64,000 bases of DNA from Bacteroidaceae bacterium (GTDB taxonomy: Bacteria > Bacteroidota > Bacteroidia > Bacteroidales > Bacteroidaceae). This document shows, in pieces, positions 29,791 through 39,847 of the stretch; within the stretch, counting starts at the first letter, position 1; every line of letters begins with the position of its first letter. The notes under the pieces were generated by a model. That model ran no database searches, was not told where the DNA came from, and saw only the letters and a list, made by a program, of their open reading frames with translations. The stretch spans positions 73,799 to 137,798 of the forward strand of contig JAFUKC010000002.1 of NCBI GenBank assembly GCA_017467885.1, in the 5' to 3' direction. A program made the position numbers and the translations under genes.

Positions 29791-29825
29791 ATTCGTTGCC
29801 GAAAGATGTTCTTTCGGCAACGAAT
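29791..29825 (+). promoter_or_regulatory. Perfect 15-bp stem-loop ending one nucleotide before the xerC-like ATG
   Basis: attcgttgccgaaag / loop atgtt / ctttcggcaacgaat. The ATG is at 29826. Confidence 0.6.
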
Positions 29826-30713
29826 ATGTTTATAGACTCCTTTATCGGCTACTTGAAGAGCGAACGAGGTTATTCGCCACATACGCTTACTGCGTACAAG
29901 AACGACCTGCAATCGTTTGATGCATACCTTAGGGGTGTTGATGTGGCTTTGTCTCTTTCGATGGTCGATAGTGATGTTGTGCGTGGCTGGGCGGCTTCGC
30001 TTATGGATAAAGGGGAGTCGACAACCTCGGTAAACAGGCGCTTGAGCTCGTTGCATACCTTTTTTACTTTTATGCGTTCAGAGGGCTATGTGTCGGTCAA
30101 CCCTGTAGATGGCATAAACAGACCGAAATGTCGTAAGGTGTTACCCTCTTTTTTGAAGGAAACGGAAATAGATGCGGTAGTGGATGGCTTGGAGTCGTCT
30201 GTCGGGTTCGAAATGCTTCGGAATAAAACAGTACTATTGTGCTTTTATTCGACAGGTATTCGTCTTGCCGAACTTGTAGGATTGGATATGAGCAGTGTTG
30301 ACATGGCGGGATGTACGCTTAAAGTTAAAGGAAAGCGAAACCGGGAACGTGTCATTCCGTTTGCTCAGGAGCTTCATTCTCTCTTTGAGGAGTATATCGA
30401 AGAGAGGGCAAAGGTGGCTCTGCCTGATGAGTCTGCATTCTTTGTCTCCTCGCGCGGAACGCGAATAAGTCGTTCCACTGTGTATCGCATGGTTAATTCG
30501 GCGTTGCGACGTGAATCCTCGTTAAATAAATGCAGCCCGCATGTGTTGCGTCATACGTTTGCGACGGCAATGCTCAACAACAATGCCGAGCTCGGCGCTG
30601 TTAAGGAGTTGTTGGGGCATAGACGTCTTGCTACGACCGAGGTCTATACCCATTTGACATTTGAAGAACTTATTCATTTTTATAAAAAGGCTCATCCACG
30701 GGCCGGTAATTAA
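29826..30713 (+). CDS. Tyrosine recombinase, XerC/XerD family
   Basis: Catalytic signature LRHTFAT ... LGHRRLATTEVYTH plus an N-terminal SAM-like core-binding domain. I chose the ATG at 29826 because the ORF-track TTG at 29796 lies inside the hairpin. Confidence 0.85.
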   Translation: MFIDSFIGYLKSERGYSPHTLTAYKNDLQSFDAYLRGVDVALSLSMVDSDVVRGWAASLMDKGESTTSVNRRLSSLHTFFTFMRSEGYVSVNPVDGINRPKCRKVLPSFLKETEIDAVVDGLESSVGFEMLRNKTVLLCFYSTGIRLAELVGLDMSSVDMAGCTLKVKGKRNRERVIPFAQELHSLFEEYIEERAKVALPDESAFFVSSRGTRISRSTVYRMVNSALRRESSLNKCSPHVLRHTFATAMLNNNAELGAVKELLGHRRLATTEVYTHLTFEELIHFYKKAHPRAGN

Positions 30714-30734
30714 TTAAATATAGGAGGATATATT

Positions 30735-31028
30735 ATGGTAACAAGAGTTCAGACGATTCATTTTGATGCATCGCAGCAGTTGTTGGAATTTGTTGAGAAG
30801 AAAGTTTCCAAACTTGAAAGATTGTGCGAAGGGGCAACCTCTCTTGAAGTAGCGATGAAGTTAATTAAGCCGGAAACCGCAATGAACAAGGAGGTCAGTC
30901 TGCGTCTTTCCTCGGGCAATGGCGATATGTTTGCTTCGAAAGTTTGTGATACTTTTGAGGAGGCCTTAATGGGTGCAATAGATGCTTTGAAGGGCCAAAT
31001 CGAGAAAAATCGAGAAAAAATGAGGTAA
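30735..31028 (+). CDS. hpf: Ribosome hibernation factor, HPF/RaiA family (short form)
   Basis: 97 aa, IHFDASQQLLEFVEKKVSKLERL N-terminus typical of RaiA/HPF. Confidence 0.85.
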   Translation: MVTRVQTIHFDASQQLLEFVEKKVSKLERLCEGATSLEVAMKLIKPETAMNKEVSLRLSSGNGDMFASKVCDTFEEALMGAIDALKGQIEKNREKMR

Positions 31029-31054
31029 AAAGTAAAAAAAAAGTCGAAAATATT

Positions 31055-31083
31055 TTTGGATTAAAAAAAAACTCGTACATTTG
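31055..31083 (+). promoter_or_regulatory. Candidate promoter of the tRNA-tuf operon (TTTG, 17 nt, TAcaTTTG)
   Basis: tttg at 31055-31058 and tacatttg at 31076-31083, about 40 nt upstream of tRNA-Thr. Confidence 0.5.
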
Positions 31084-31123
31084 CACTCGCTTTACATAAG
31101 CAACGTGACGCAAATAGTACGAC

Positions 31124-31197
31124 GCCTCTTTAGCTCAGTTGGCCAGAGCACGTGATTTGTAATCTCGGGGTCGTTGGTTCGAATCCGACAAGAGGCT
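31124..31197 (+). tRNA. tRNA-Thr (anticodon TGT)
   Basis: Acceptor GCCTCTT/AAGAGGC, TAGCTCAGTTGG D-arm, anticodon loop TTTGTAA, GGTTCGAATCC T-arm. One U-U mismatch in the anticodon stem. Confidence 0.9.
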
Positions 31198-31253
31198 CTA
31201 CTAAAAGCAGAAAATGTAAAGCATCGCAAATGCGTTTTCTGAAATATTGAAAG

Positions 31254-31336
31254 GGGCAAATTCCAGAGTGGCCAAATGGGGCAGACTGTAAATCTGCTGG
31301 CTTTCGCCTTCGGTGGTTCGAATCCATCTTTGCCCA
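31254..31336 (+). tRNA. tRNA-Tyr (anticodon GTA), long variable arm
   Basis: Acceptor GGGCAAA/TTTGCCC, anticodon loop CTGTAAA, long variable arm, GGTTCGAATCC T-loop. Confidence 0.9.
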
Positions 31337-31433
31337 CAAATGTGTTGAAAAAGAGAATGCAAACCGGCTGCGACTGTGTTTCTGATATGAAAACTGTCTT
31401 TGTTTGTTTGCAAATTCTTTATGTAAACGTATT

Positions 31434-31506
31434 GCGGAAGTAGCTCAGTTGATAGAGCATTAGCCTTCCAAGCTGAGGGTCGCGGGTTTGAGTCCCGTCT
31501 TCCGCT
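31434..31506 (+). tRNA. tRNA-Gly (anticodon TCC)
   Basis: Acceptor GCGGAAG/CTTCCGC, anticodon loop CTTCCAA, T-arm CGGGTTTGAGTCCCG. Confidence 0.9.
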
Positions 31507-31516
31507 CTTTTTCAAC

Positions 31517-31588
<72 letters not shown>

Positions 31589-31662
31589 CTGAAGAGGAGT
31601 GCTTTTTTGTCTATATTTAGATAATATTGGTAAATATATTGTTATAATTAAAGCTTAAAACT

Positions 31663-32847
31663 ATGGCAAAAGAAAAATTTGAACGTACCAAACCGCATGT
31701 TAATATCGGTACAATCGGTCACGTTGACCACGGTAAGACTACTTTGACTGCTGCTATCACAACAGTGTTGGCAAAAAGAGGTCTTTCAGAGTTGAAATCT
31801 TTCGATCAGATCGACAACGCTCCCGAGGAGAAAGAGCGTGGTATTACTATCAATACTGCTCACGTTGAGTATCAGACAGAGAACCGTCACTATGCACACG
31901 TAGACTGCCCGGGTCACGCCGACTACGTTAAGAACATGGTTACCGGTGCTGCTCAGATGGACGGTGCTATCATCGTTTGTGCTGCAACCGATGGTCCTAT
32001 GCCTCAGACACGCGAGCACATCCTTCTCGCTCGTCAGGTAAACGTTCCCCGCTTGGTTGTATTCTTGAACAAGTGTGACGTTGTTGACGATGCAGAGATG
32101 TTGGATCTCGTTGAGATGGAGATGCGCGAACTTCTTTCTTTCTATGAGTTCGATGGCGATAACACTCCTATCATTCGCGGTTCTGCTCTTGGTGCATTGA
32201 ACGGTGTTGCAGAGTGGGAAGATAAAGTAATGGAGCTTATGGCTGCTTGCGACTCTTGGATTCCCCTTCCTCCCCGTGATATCGATAAACCTTTCTTGAT
32301 GCCCGTTGAGGACGTGTTCTCTATCACAGGTCGTGGTACTGTTGCAACAGGTCGTATCGAAACCGGTGTTGTTAAGGTTGGTGACGAGGTTGAGATCCTT
32401 GGTCTTGGCGAAAACAAGAAGACAGTTGTTACCGGTGTTGAGATGTTCCGTAAACTTCTTGACCTTGGTGAGGCTGGTGATAACGTAGGTTTGTTGCTTC
32501 GTGGTGTAGACAAGAACGAGATCAAACGTGGTATGGTACTTTGCCACCCCGGACAGATCAAACCTTATTCTACTTTCGAGGCTCAGGTTTATATCTTGAA
32601 GAAAGAAGAGGGTGGTCGTCACACATCATTCCGTAACAAATATCGTCCTCAGTTCTACCTTCGTACAATGGACTGCACCGGTGAGATTACTTTGCCCGCA
32701 GACGTTGAGATGGTAATGCCCGGTGACAACTTGAGTATCACAGTTACTCTGATTTATCCCGTTGCATTGAACGAGGGTCTGACATTCGCTATCCGCGAGG
32801 GTGGTCGCACAGTAGGTGCAGGTCAGATTACTAAAGTTCTCGAATAA
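31663..32847 (+). CDS. tuf: Translation elongation factor Tu
   Basis: [17 protein letters not shown] and NKCD GTPase motifs, 394 aa. Confidence 0.99.
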   Translation: MAKEKFERTKPHVNIGTIGHVDHGKTTLTAAITTVLAKRGLSELKSFDQIDNAPEEKERGITINTAHVEYQTENRHYAHVDCPGHADYVKNMVTGAAQMDGAIIVCAATDGPMPQTREHILLARQVNVPRLVVFLNKCDVVDDAEMLDLVEMEMRELLSFYEFDGDNTPIIRGSALGALNGVAEWEDKVMELMAACDSWIPLPPRDIDKPFLMPVEDVFSITGRGTVATGRIETGVVKVGDEVEILGLGENKKTVVTGVEMFRKLLDLGEAGDNVGLLLRGVDKNEIKRGMVLCHPGQIKPYSTFEAQVYILKKEEGGRHTSFRNKYRPQFYLRTMDCTGEITLPADVEMVMPGDNLSITVTLIYPVALNEGLTFAIREGGRTVGAGQITKVLE

Positions 32848-32865
32848 TTTTATAGATAACTTTAT

Positions 32866-32891
32866 CGGCTTCCCTCTTAATGAGGGAGCCG
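32866..32891 (+). other. GC-rich hairpin between tuf and tRNA-Trp with no U-tract (possible processing or attenuation element)
   Basis: cggct(t)ccctc / loop ttaat / gagggagccg. It ends 5 nt before the tRNA-Trp 5' end. Confidence 0.4.
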
Positions 32892-32896
32892 AATAT

Positions 32897-32969
32897 ACGG
32901 GAATAGCTCAGTTGGTAGAGCACTGGTCTCCAAAACCAGGTGTCGGGAGTTCGAGCCTCTCTTCCCGTG
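32897..32969 (+). tRNA. tRNA-Trp (anticodon CCA)
   Basis: Acceptor ACGGGAA/TTCCCGT, anticodon stem-loop CTGGT-CTCCAAA-ACCAG. Confidence 0.9.
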
Positions 32970-32986
32970 CCACAAAATAAACAATT

Positions 32987-33178
32987 ATGCTGACTAAATT
33001 TGTTAATTATTGTAAGGTATCTTACAATGAACTCGTGCATAAGACTACTTGGCCCACAATGAAACAATTGACGAGTCAAGCTCTTCTTGTGTTATATGCT
33101 TCTTTAATAATCGCTATTGTTGTTTTCGCAATGGATAAACTCTTTGAGTTTGTAATGAAAACAATATACACACTCTAA
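32987..33178 (+). CDS. secE: Preprotein translocase subunit SecE
   Basis: 63 aa with a single C-terminal TM helix, in the conserved position between tRNA-Trp and nusG. Confidence 0.9.
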   Translation: MLTKFVNYCKVSYNELVHKTTWPTMKQLTSQALLVLYASLIIAIVVFAMDKLFEFVMKTIYTL

Positions 33179-33189
33179 TTTAGTGGACG

Positions 33190-33732
33190 ATGACAGAGGG
33201 CAAGAAAAATTGGTATGTGTTGCGTGCCATCAGCGGTAAGGAATCGAAGGTGAAAGAATATATCGAGGCAGATGTGAAACTTCGTGGTCTTACTGATATG
33301 GTGACACAAGTACTTATACCCACAGAGAAGGTGGTTCAGGTACGTAATGGAAAGCGTATTGTTAAAGAAAGAACTTATCTTCCCGGATATGTTTTGGTAG
33401 AGGCTGAGTTGGAAGGCGATATCGCATATATGTTGCGTAATACGCCTAATGTTTTGGGCTTCTTGGGTGGAATGGATCGTCCTACGCCTATTCGTCAATC
33501 AGAGATAAACAGAATTCTTGGTACTGTAGACGAATTACAGGAGACAACCGATGACAGTTCATTGCAATTTGCTTTGGGTGAGACTGTCAAGGTTAACTAT
33601 GGTCCTTTCTCGGGTTTCAACGGTACTATCGAGGAAATTAATGTTGAAAAGAAGAGATTGAAAGTCATGGTTAAAATTTTCGGCCGTAGTACTCCCGTTG
33701 AATTAGGTTATATGCAAGTAGATAAAGAATGA
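33190..33732 (+). CDS. nusG: Transcription termination/antitermination factor NusG
   Basis: KNWYVLRAISGKE NGN domain and C-terminal KOW (GETVKVNYGPFSGFNGTIEE). Confidence 0.97.
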   Translation: MTEGKKNWYVLRAISGKESKVKEYIEADVKLRGLTDMVTQVLIPTEKVVQVRNGKRIVKERTYLPGYVLVEAELEGDIAYMLRNTPNVLGFLGGMDRPTPIRQSEINRILGTVDELQETTDDSSLQFALGETVKVNYGPFSGFNGTIEEINVEKKRLKVMVKIFGRSTPVELGYMQVDKE

Positions 33733-33785
33733 TGCGGCTTCCACACATCATTCAATTATGTTGTTAATTTATAGATTTTTTTACA

Positions 33786-34229
33786 ATGGCAAAAGAAATT
33801 GCTGGACTTATCAAGTTACAGATTAAAGGTGGCGCAGCAAACCCCTCACCTCCCGTTGGTCCTGCACTTGGTTCCAAGGGAATCAATATCATGGAGTTTT
33901 GCAAGGCGTTTAATGCCAGAACCCAGGATAAGGCCGGAAAAGTTTTGCCTGTTATCATTACTTACTATGCAGACAAATCGTTCGATTTTGTTGTAAAAAC
34001 TCCTCCTGTGGCAATTCAGTTGCTCGAACTTGCCAAGGTTAAGAGTGGTTCTGCAGAGCCCAACCGTAAAAAGGTTGCTTCTATTACTTGGGAGCAGGTA
34101 GAGGCTATTGCAAAAGACAAAATGGTCGATTTAAACTGCTTTACTGTTGAGGCTGCTATGAAGATGGTTGCCGGAACAGCTAGAAGTATGGGTATCAGTG
34201 TGAGTGGAACTTTTCCCGGAAACAATTAA
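33786..34229 (+). CDS. rplK: 50S ribosomal protein L11
   Basis: [20 protein letters not shown] hallmark. Confidence 0.98.
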   Translation: MAKEIAGLIKLQIKGGAANPSPPVGPALGSKGINIMEFCKAFNARTQDKAGKVLPVIITYYADKSFDFVVKTPPVAIQLLELAKVKSGSAEPNRKKVASITWEQVEAIAKDKMVDLNCFTVEAAMKMVAGTARSMGISVSGTFPGNN

Positions 34230-34242
34230 AAATTAAATTAGA

Positions 34243-34938
34243 ATGGGTAAACTGACGAAAAATCAAAAGTTGGCAGCCGCAAAAGTTGATACAGCCAAAT
34301 CCTATTCACTTTCTGAAGCGGTATCTTTGTTGAAAGAAATTACTTTCACAAAGTTCGATGCTTCTGTGGATATCGATGTACGCTTGGGTGTCGATCCTCG
34401 TAAGGCTAACCAGATGGTAAGAGGTGTTGTTTCTCTTCCCAGCGGTACCGGAAAAGAGGTTCGCGTTCTCTGTTTGTGTACTCCCGATGTAGAGGAGGCT
34501 GCAAAAGCTGCAGGCGCCGATTATGTTGGTCTTGATGAATATATCGAAAAGATCAAAGGTGGTTGGACGGATATTGATGTAATCATCACCATGCCGTCAA
34601 TAATGGGTAAATTGGGTGCGCTCGGTCGTGTACTCGGTCCTCGTGGACTGATGCCTAACCCCAAGAGCGGTACCGTTACTATGGATATTCCTAAAGCTGT
34701 TAAGGAGATTAAGCAGGGTAAGATTGACTTTAAAGTTGATAAAGCAGGTATTGTACATGCATCAATCGGTAAGGCATCATTCTCTCCCGAGGCTATATCG
34801 GCTAACGTTAAGGAGTTTATGTCAACTATCATCAAGTTGAAACCTTCAACAGCCAAAGGTACTTATGTGAAAAGTGTGTTCCTCTCGACTACAATGAGTA
34901 AGGGTCTTAGAATCGATCCTAAAACTATCGAGGCTTAA
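34243..34938 (+). CDS. rplA: 50S ribosomal protein L1
   Basis: 231 aa with the typical L1 sequence ([25 protein letters not shown]). Confidence 0.98.
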   Translation: MGKLTKNQKLAAAKVDTAKSYSLSEAVSLLKEITFTKFDASVDIDVRLGVDPRKANQMVRGVVSLPSGTGKEVRVLCLCTPDVEEAAKAAGADYVGLDEYIEKIKGGWTDIDVIITMPSIMGKLGALGRVLGPRGLMPNPKSGTVTMDIPKAVKEIKQGKIDFKVDKAGIVHASIGKASFSPEAISANVKEFMSTIIKLKPSTAKGTYVKSVFLSTTMSKGLRIDPKTIEA

Positions 34939-34951
34939 TTTTGATTGAACT

Positions 34952-35470
34952 ATGAAGAAGGAAGATAAAGTTAAGAAAATCGCCCAACTCGGCGAGGTCA
35001 TAAAGGAATATGCACACTTCTATTTGGTAGATGTAACAGCTTTGGATGCTGCTGCTACCAGTGCTATGCGTGCAAAATGTTTTAAGCAGGAGATTGAAAT
35101 GATAGTTGTGAAGAATACTCTTCTTCACAAAGCATTTGAGGCTTCAGAGATTGATTTTTCTCCCCTCTATCCATGCTTGAAAGGAACAACCGCTCTGTTG
35201 CTTTGCAACACAGCTAATGTCCCTGCAAAATTGATTAAGGATGTAGCCGGAAAGGCTGAAATTCCTGCTCTTAAGGGTGCATATGCTGAAGAGAGCTTCT
35301 ATGTAGGTGCTGACCAACTCGAAACTCTTATCCATATTAAGAGTAAGGCTGAACTTCTTGCCGAAGTTGTGGCATTGCTGCAATCTCCTATCAAGAATGT
35401 TGTTTCAGCTCTACAATCAGGTGGTAATACCATCCACGGAGTTCTTAAGACACTCGGTGAAAGAGAATAA
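34952..35470 (+). CDS. rplJ: 50S ribosomal protein L10
   Basis: 172 aa, positioned between rplA and rplL, L10-like sequence. Confidence 0.95.
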   Translation: MKKEDKVKKIAQLGEVIKEYAHFYLVDVTALDAAATSAMRAKCFKQEIEMIVVKNTLLHKAFEASEIDFSPLYPCLKGTTALLLCNTANVPAKLIKDVAGKAEIPALKGAYAEESFYVGADQLETLIHIKSKAELLAEVVALLQSPIKNVVSALQSGGNTIHGVLKTLGERE

Positions 35471-35514
35471 TCAATTATTTTATTTAGTAAAAAACAATTT
35501 AAATTTATACGAAA

Positions 35515-35892
35515 ATGGCAGATTTGAAAGCTCTTGCAGAAGAATTGGTTAACTTGACAGTAAAAGATGTTAACGAACTTGCAACTATCTTGAAAGAAGA
35601 ATATGGTATCGAACCCGCTGCTGCAGCTGTAGCAGTTGCTGCTCCCGCAGCAGGTGGCGCAGGTGAGGCTGCTGCTGAAAAAACAGAGTTCGATGTAGTA
35701 TTGAAGAGCGTTGGTGCTAACAAGCTCCAGGTTGTTAAAGCAGTTAAAGAGGCTTGTGGTCTCGGTTTGAAAGAGGCTAAAGATCTCGTAGACGCTGCTC
35801 CCAGCACTTTGAAAGAGGGTCTCCCCAAAGCAGAGGCTGAGTCTTTGAAGAAGGCTATCGAGGAGTCTGGTGCTGAGATCGAGCTTAAATAA
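35515..35892 (+). CDS. rplL: 50S ribosomal protein L7/L12
   Basis: Ala-rich hinge and C-terminal domain [24 protein letters not shown]. Confidence 0.98.
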   Translation: MADLKALAEELVNLTVKDVNELATILKEEYGIEPAAAAVAVAAPAAGGAGEAAAEKTEFDVVLKSVGANKLQVVKAVKEACGLGLKEAKDLVDAAPSTLKEGLPKAEAESLKKAIEESGAEIELK

Positions 35893-35922
35893 GTTCTTTC
35901 AGGCCCTGACGAAGGGTAAAAT

Positions 35923-35960
35923 GGTTATGAACCCCCTGTAAAGGGTTCATAACCTTTTCT
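35923..35960 (+). terminator. Hairpin plus T-tract between rplL and rpoB (probable partial terminator/attenuator)
   Basis: ggttatgaaccc / gggttcataacc 12-bp stem followed by ttttct. Confidence 0.6.
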
Positions 35961-35997
35961 GCGTAAAACAAAAGTAAGTTCTAAAACATTCTTCACA

Positions 35998-38900
35998 ATG
36001 TCGTCAAAACCTAATAATCAAAGAATTAACTTTGCTTCTATTAAAGATCCGATGCCTTGTCCGGACTTTTTGGAAGTACAATTGAAGTCTTTCGAGGACT
36101 TCCTACAATTAGATACTCCTCCTGAAAAGAGAGTTAATGACGGTTTATACAAAGTATTTGCCGAGAACTTTCCTATTACAGATACAAGAAATAATTTCGT
36201 TTTGGAATTTTTGGATTACTATATCGACCCGCCACGTTACTCAATAAGCGAATGTTTGGAGCGCGGTCTTACCTATAGTGTTCCTCTTAAAGCAAAGTTG
36301 AAACTTTATTGTACCGATCCCGATCATGAGGATTTTGATACGGTTATTCAAGATGTATTCCTTGGTCCTATCCCCTACATGACAAAGCAGGGTACATTTA
36401 TTATAAATGGTGCTGAACGCGTTGTGGTTTCACAATTACACCGTTCTCCCGGTGTATTCTTTGGTCAGAGTGTGCATGCAAACGGTACTCCGCTCTATTC
36501 GGCACGAATCATTCCTTTTAAGGGTTCTTGGATAGAGTTTGCTACTGACATCAATAATGTGATGTATGCATATATCGATCGTAAAAAGAAATTGCCTGTA
36601 ACAACACTTTTGCGTGCCATCGGTTTCGAGACCGATAAGGATATTCTTGAGATATTCGATTTGGCAGAGGAGATAAAGGTAAATAAATCGAACCTTAAGA
36701 AAGCCATCGGACGCAAGATGGCCGGTCGTGTCGTTAAGACAAAGTTGGAGGATTTTGTCGACCCCGATACAGGTGAGGTTGTTTCCATCGAACGTAGTGA
36801 GGTTGTTGTAGAGCGCGAGGCAATTCTTGAGCAGGACCTCGTAGACCGCATCTTGGATAGCGGTGTCGAAAGTATTCTGTTGCACAAAGAGAGTAACGAG
36901 CCCGATGCTCTTGATTATTCTCTTATATTCAATACACTTGATAAAGATGCAAGTAACTCCGAGAAAGAGGCTGTAAATTATATCTTCCGTCAGCTTCGTA
37001 ATGCTGAGCCTGCCGATGATGCAAGTGCACGTGAGGTTATAAACAACCTTTTCTTCTCCGAGAAACGTTATGATTTGGGTGATGTAGGTCGCTACCGCAT
37101 CAACCGTAAACTTGGTCTTACTACCGATATCTCGGTTAGAGTATTGACCAAGGAGGATATTATAGAAATTATCAAATATTTGATAGGTTTGGTGAACTCA
37201 AAGGCTGTTGTCGATGATATCGACCACTTGAGTAACCGTCGTGTTCGAACTGTTGGCGAGCAACTCTCGAATCAGTTTGCTGTGGGCCTTGCACGTATGG
37301 CTCGTACCATTCGCGAGAGAATGAATGTTCGTGACAATGAGGTGTTTACTCCCACCGACCTAATCAATGCAAAAACTGTTTCAGCAGTTATTAATACCTT
37401 CTTTGGTACCAACGCACTGTCACAGTTCATGGATCAGACAAACCCGCTTGCAGAGATTACACACAAGCGTCGTCTTTCGGCACTTGGTCCCGGTGGTCTT
37501 TCGCGTGATCGTGCCGGTTTCGAGGTTCGTGACGTACACTATACACACTATGGTCGTCTCTGTCCTATTGAGACACCCGAAGGTCCGAATATCGGACTTA
37601 TCTCTTCGTTGTGTATATATGCAAAGATTAATGAACTCGGCTTTATTGTGACTCCGTATCGTCCGGTTGCCAATTCAAAAGTCGATATAAATAATAGTGA
37701 CGTAGTATATTACACTGCAGAGGAGGAAGAGGGCAGGATTATAGCCCAAGGTAACGCTCCTCTTGATGAGCAGGGTAACTTTATACGTAAAAAGGTAAAA
37801 TCACGTCAGGATGCCGATTATCCTGTTGTGACTCCCGACCAGGTTGAGTTGATGGATGTTTCTCCTCAGCAGATTGCTTCAATTGCAGCTTCTCTTATTC
37901 CTTTCTTGGAGCATGATGATGCCAACCGTGCATTGATGGGTTCTAACATGATGCGTCAGGCTGTTCCGCTTTTGACAAACGAGGCTCCTATCGTGGGAAC
38001 CGGTATCGAGAAACAACTTGTCGAGGATTCTCGTACTCAGATTGTAGCAGAAGGTGATGGTGTTGTTGAGTTTGTAGATGCTTCACGTATTGTCATAAAA
38101 TACGATCGTACCGATGAAGAGGAGTTTGTAAGCTTCGAACCTGCATCGAAAGAGTATATTATACCTAAATTCCGTCGTACCAACCAAAATATGACAATCG
38201 ACCTTCGTCCTATATGTGATAAGGGTCAGCGTATTAAAGCCGGTGATATTCTTACAGAAGGATACTCGACACAGGCCGGTGAGCTTGCATTGGGTAAGAA
38301 CCTTTTGGTAGCTTATATGCCTTGGAAGGGATACAACTACGAGGATGCAATCGTTCTTAACGAGAAAGTGGTGCGTGAGGATGTACTGACATCGGTACAT
38401 GTAGATGAGCTTTCGCTCGAGGTTCGTGAGACTAAACGTGGTCTTGAAGAGTTCACATACGATATTCCCAATGTGAGCGAAGACGCAACAAAGGACCTCG
38501 ACAAGAGTGGTATCATTCGTGTTGGTGCATGCGTTAAGCCCGGTGATATTATAATAGGTAAGATTACACCCAAAGGTGAATCTGATCCTACACCCGAAGA
38601 GAAACTTCTTCGTGCAATATTTGGAGACAAAGCCGGTGATGTGAAAGATGCTTCGTTGAAGGCTTCTCCCTCGTTGCAAGGTATAGTAATTGGACGTCGT
38701 CTCTATCAGCGTGCCGAAAAATCTCGTTCGGCAAAAATGGCCGATAAAGCCAAACTGCCAAAGATAGATGATGAATTCATGCAAAAAGTCGAGGCTTTGA
38801 AGAGAGTTCTCGTTGACAAATTGTTGGTTCTAATCGACAATCGTGTTTCGCAGGGTGTAAAGGATTTCATGGGAACCGAGGTTATCGCCAAAGGTGCTAA

Positions 38901-39816
38901 ATTTACCAAAGGCGAGTTGGAGTCGATGGATTTCACTTCGATACAGTTGAGTAAGTGGACCAACGATGCACATACTAACGACCTTATACGTCAGCTTATT
39001 ATAAACTTCCTGCACAAGTATAAAGAGTTGGATGCAGAGGTTAAGCGCGAGAAGTTTGCTCTCACAATCGGAGATGAACTTCCCAGTGGAACAATGAAGA
39101 TGGCCAAGGTTTATATTGCCAAGAAACGTAAGATTGGTGTGGGTGACAAGATGGCGGGACGTCACGGTAATAAAGGTATCGTGTCGCGTGTCGTTCGTCA
39201 GGAGGATATGCCTTTCTTGGCCGATGGAACACCTGTGGATATTATTCTTAACCCGCTTGGCGTGCCTTCTCGTATGAATATCGGTCAGATTTTCGAGACA
39301 GTGCTTGGTCGTGCCGGTAAGGAACTTGGCGTTAAGTTTGCAACACCTATTTTTGATGGTGCAACACTCGATGACCTTTGCACATGGACCGACAAGGCCG
39401 GTCTGCCACGATTCGGTAAAACCTATCTCTATGATGGTGGTACCGGTGAACAATTCGACCAACCCGCAACTGTGGGTGTGAGCTACATGCTTAAACTCGG
39501 TCACATGGTTGAAGATAAGATGCACGCTCGTTCGATAGGTCCTTACTCGCTTATTACACAGCAGCCTCTTGGTGGTAAGGCGCAGTTCGGAGGTCAGCGT
39601 TTCGGAGAGATGGAGGTTTGGGCACTCGAAGCGTTTGGTGCTGCTCACATTTTGCAGGAGATTCTTACAATCAAATCCGATGATGTTACCGGTCGTTCGA
39701 AGGCTTATGAAGCTATCGTCAAGGGCGATCCTATGCCTACACCGAATATCCCCGAGTCACTCAATGTGTTGTTGCACGAATTGCGCGGTTTGGGCTTGAG
39801 TATATCTTTTGATTAA
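35998..39816 (+). CDS. rpoB: DNA-directed RNA polymerase subunit beta
   Basis: 1272 aa with conserved beta-subunit blocks throughout (for example [12 protein letters not shown]). Confidence 0.99.
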   Translation: MSSKPNNQRINFASIKDPMPCPDFLEVQLKSFEDFLQLDTPPEKRVNDGLYKVFAENFPITDTRNNFVLEFLDYYIDPPRYSISECLERGLTYSVPLKAKLKLYCTDPDHEDFDTVIQDVFLGPIPYMTKQGTFIINGAERVVVSQLHRSPGVFFGQSVHANGTPLYSARIIPFKGSWIEFATDINNVMYAYIDRKKKLPVTTLLRAIGFETDKDILEIFDLAEEIKVNKSNLKKAIGRKMAGRVVKTKLEDFVDPDTGEVVSIERSEVVVEREAILEQDLVDRILDSGVESILLHKESNEPDALDYSLIFNTLDKDASNSEKEAVNYIFRQLRNAEPADDASAREVINNLFFSEKRYDLGDVGRYRINRKLGLTTDISVRVLTKEDIIEIIKYLIGLVNSKAVVDDIDHLSNRRVRTVGEQLSNQFAVGLARMARTIRERMNVRDNEVFTPTDLINAKTVSAVINTFFGTNALSQFMDQTNPLAEITHKRRLSALGPGGLSRDRAGFEVRDVHYTHYGRLCPIETPEGPNIGLISSLCIYAKINELGFIVTPYRPVANSKVDINNSDVVYYTAEEEEGRIIAQGNAPLDEQGNFIRKKVKSRQDADYPVVTPDQVELMDVSPQQIASIAASLIPFLEHDDANRALMGSNMMRQAVPLLTNEAPIVGTGIEKQLVEDSRTQIVAEGDGVVEFVDASRIVIKYDRTDEEEFVSFEPASKEYIIPKFRRTNQNMTIDLRPICDKGQRIKAGDILTEGYSTQAGELALGKNLLVAYMPWKGYNYEDAIVLNEKVVREDVLTSVHVDELSLEVRETKRGLEEFTYDIPNVSEDATKDLDKSGIIRVGACVKPGDIIIGKITPKGESDPTPEEKLLRAIFGDKAGDVKDASLKASPSLQGIVIGRRLYQRAEKSRSAKMADKAKLPKIDDEFMQKVEALKRVLVDKLLVLIDNRVSQGVKDFMGTEVIAKGAKFTKGELESMDFTSIQLSKWTNDAHTNDLIRQLIINFLHKYKELDAEVKREKFALTIGDELPSGTMKMAKVYIAKKRKIGVGDKMAGRHGNKGIVSRVVRQEDMPFLADGTPVDIILNPLGVPSRMNIGQIFETVLGRAGKELGVKFATPIFDGATLDDLCTWTDKAGLPRFGKTYLYDGGTGEQFDQPATVGVSYMLKLGHMVEDKMHARSIGPYSLITQQPLGGKAQFGGQRFGEMEVWALEAFGAAHILQEILTIKSDDVTGRSKAYEAIVKGDPMPTPNIPESLNVLLHELRGLGLSISFD

Positions 39817-39847
39817 TTAATTCCTTCACGTTTGTCAATATAGAATT

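Noticed and set aside
29796-30713. XerC-like tyrosine recombinase as a possible integrase of a mobile element next to a tRNA cluster
   Set aside because: No flanking direct repeats, no excisionase or cargo genes, and housekeeping genes on both sides. The domain layout is that of chromosomal XerC/XerD.
31786-32622. 278-aa minus-strand ORF (and the 139-aa ORF at 32142-32561) opposite tuf
   Set aside because: It lies entirely antisense to a highly conserved EF-Tu gene. Long antisense ORFs are a known artefact of strongly codon-biased genes. No motifs or independent signals.
35505-35828. 107-aa Ala/Ser/Thr-rich minus-strand ORF
   Set aside because: It is the antisense of the Ala-rich hinge region of rplL.
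38083-39648. 233-aa and 272-aa minus-strand ORFs opposite rpoB, and the 248-aa ORF at 41714-42460 opposite rpoC
   Set aside because: They are antisense shadows of rpoB and rpoC with low-complexity, Cys/His/Thr-rich translations and no start context.
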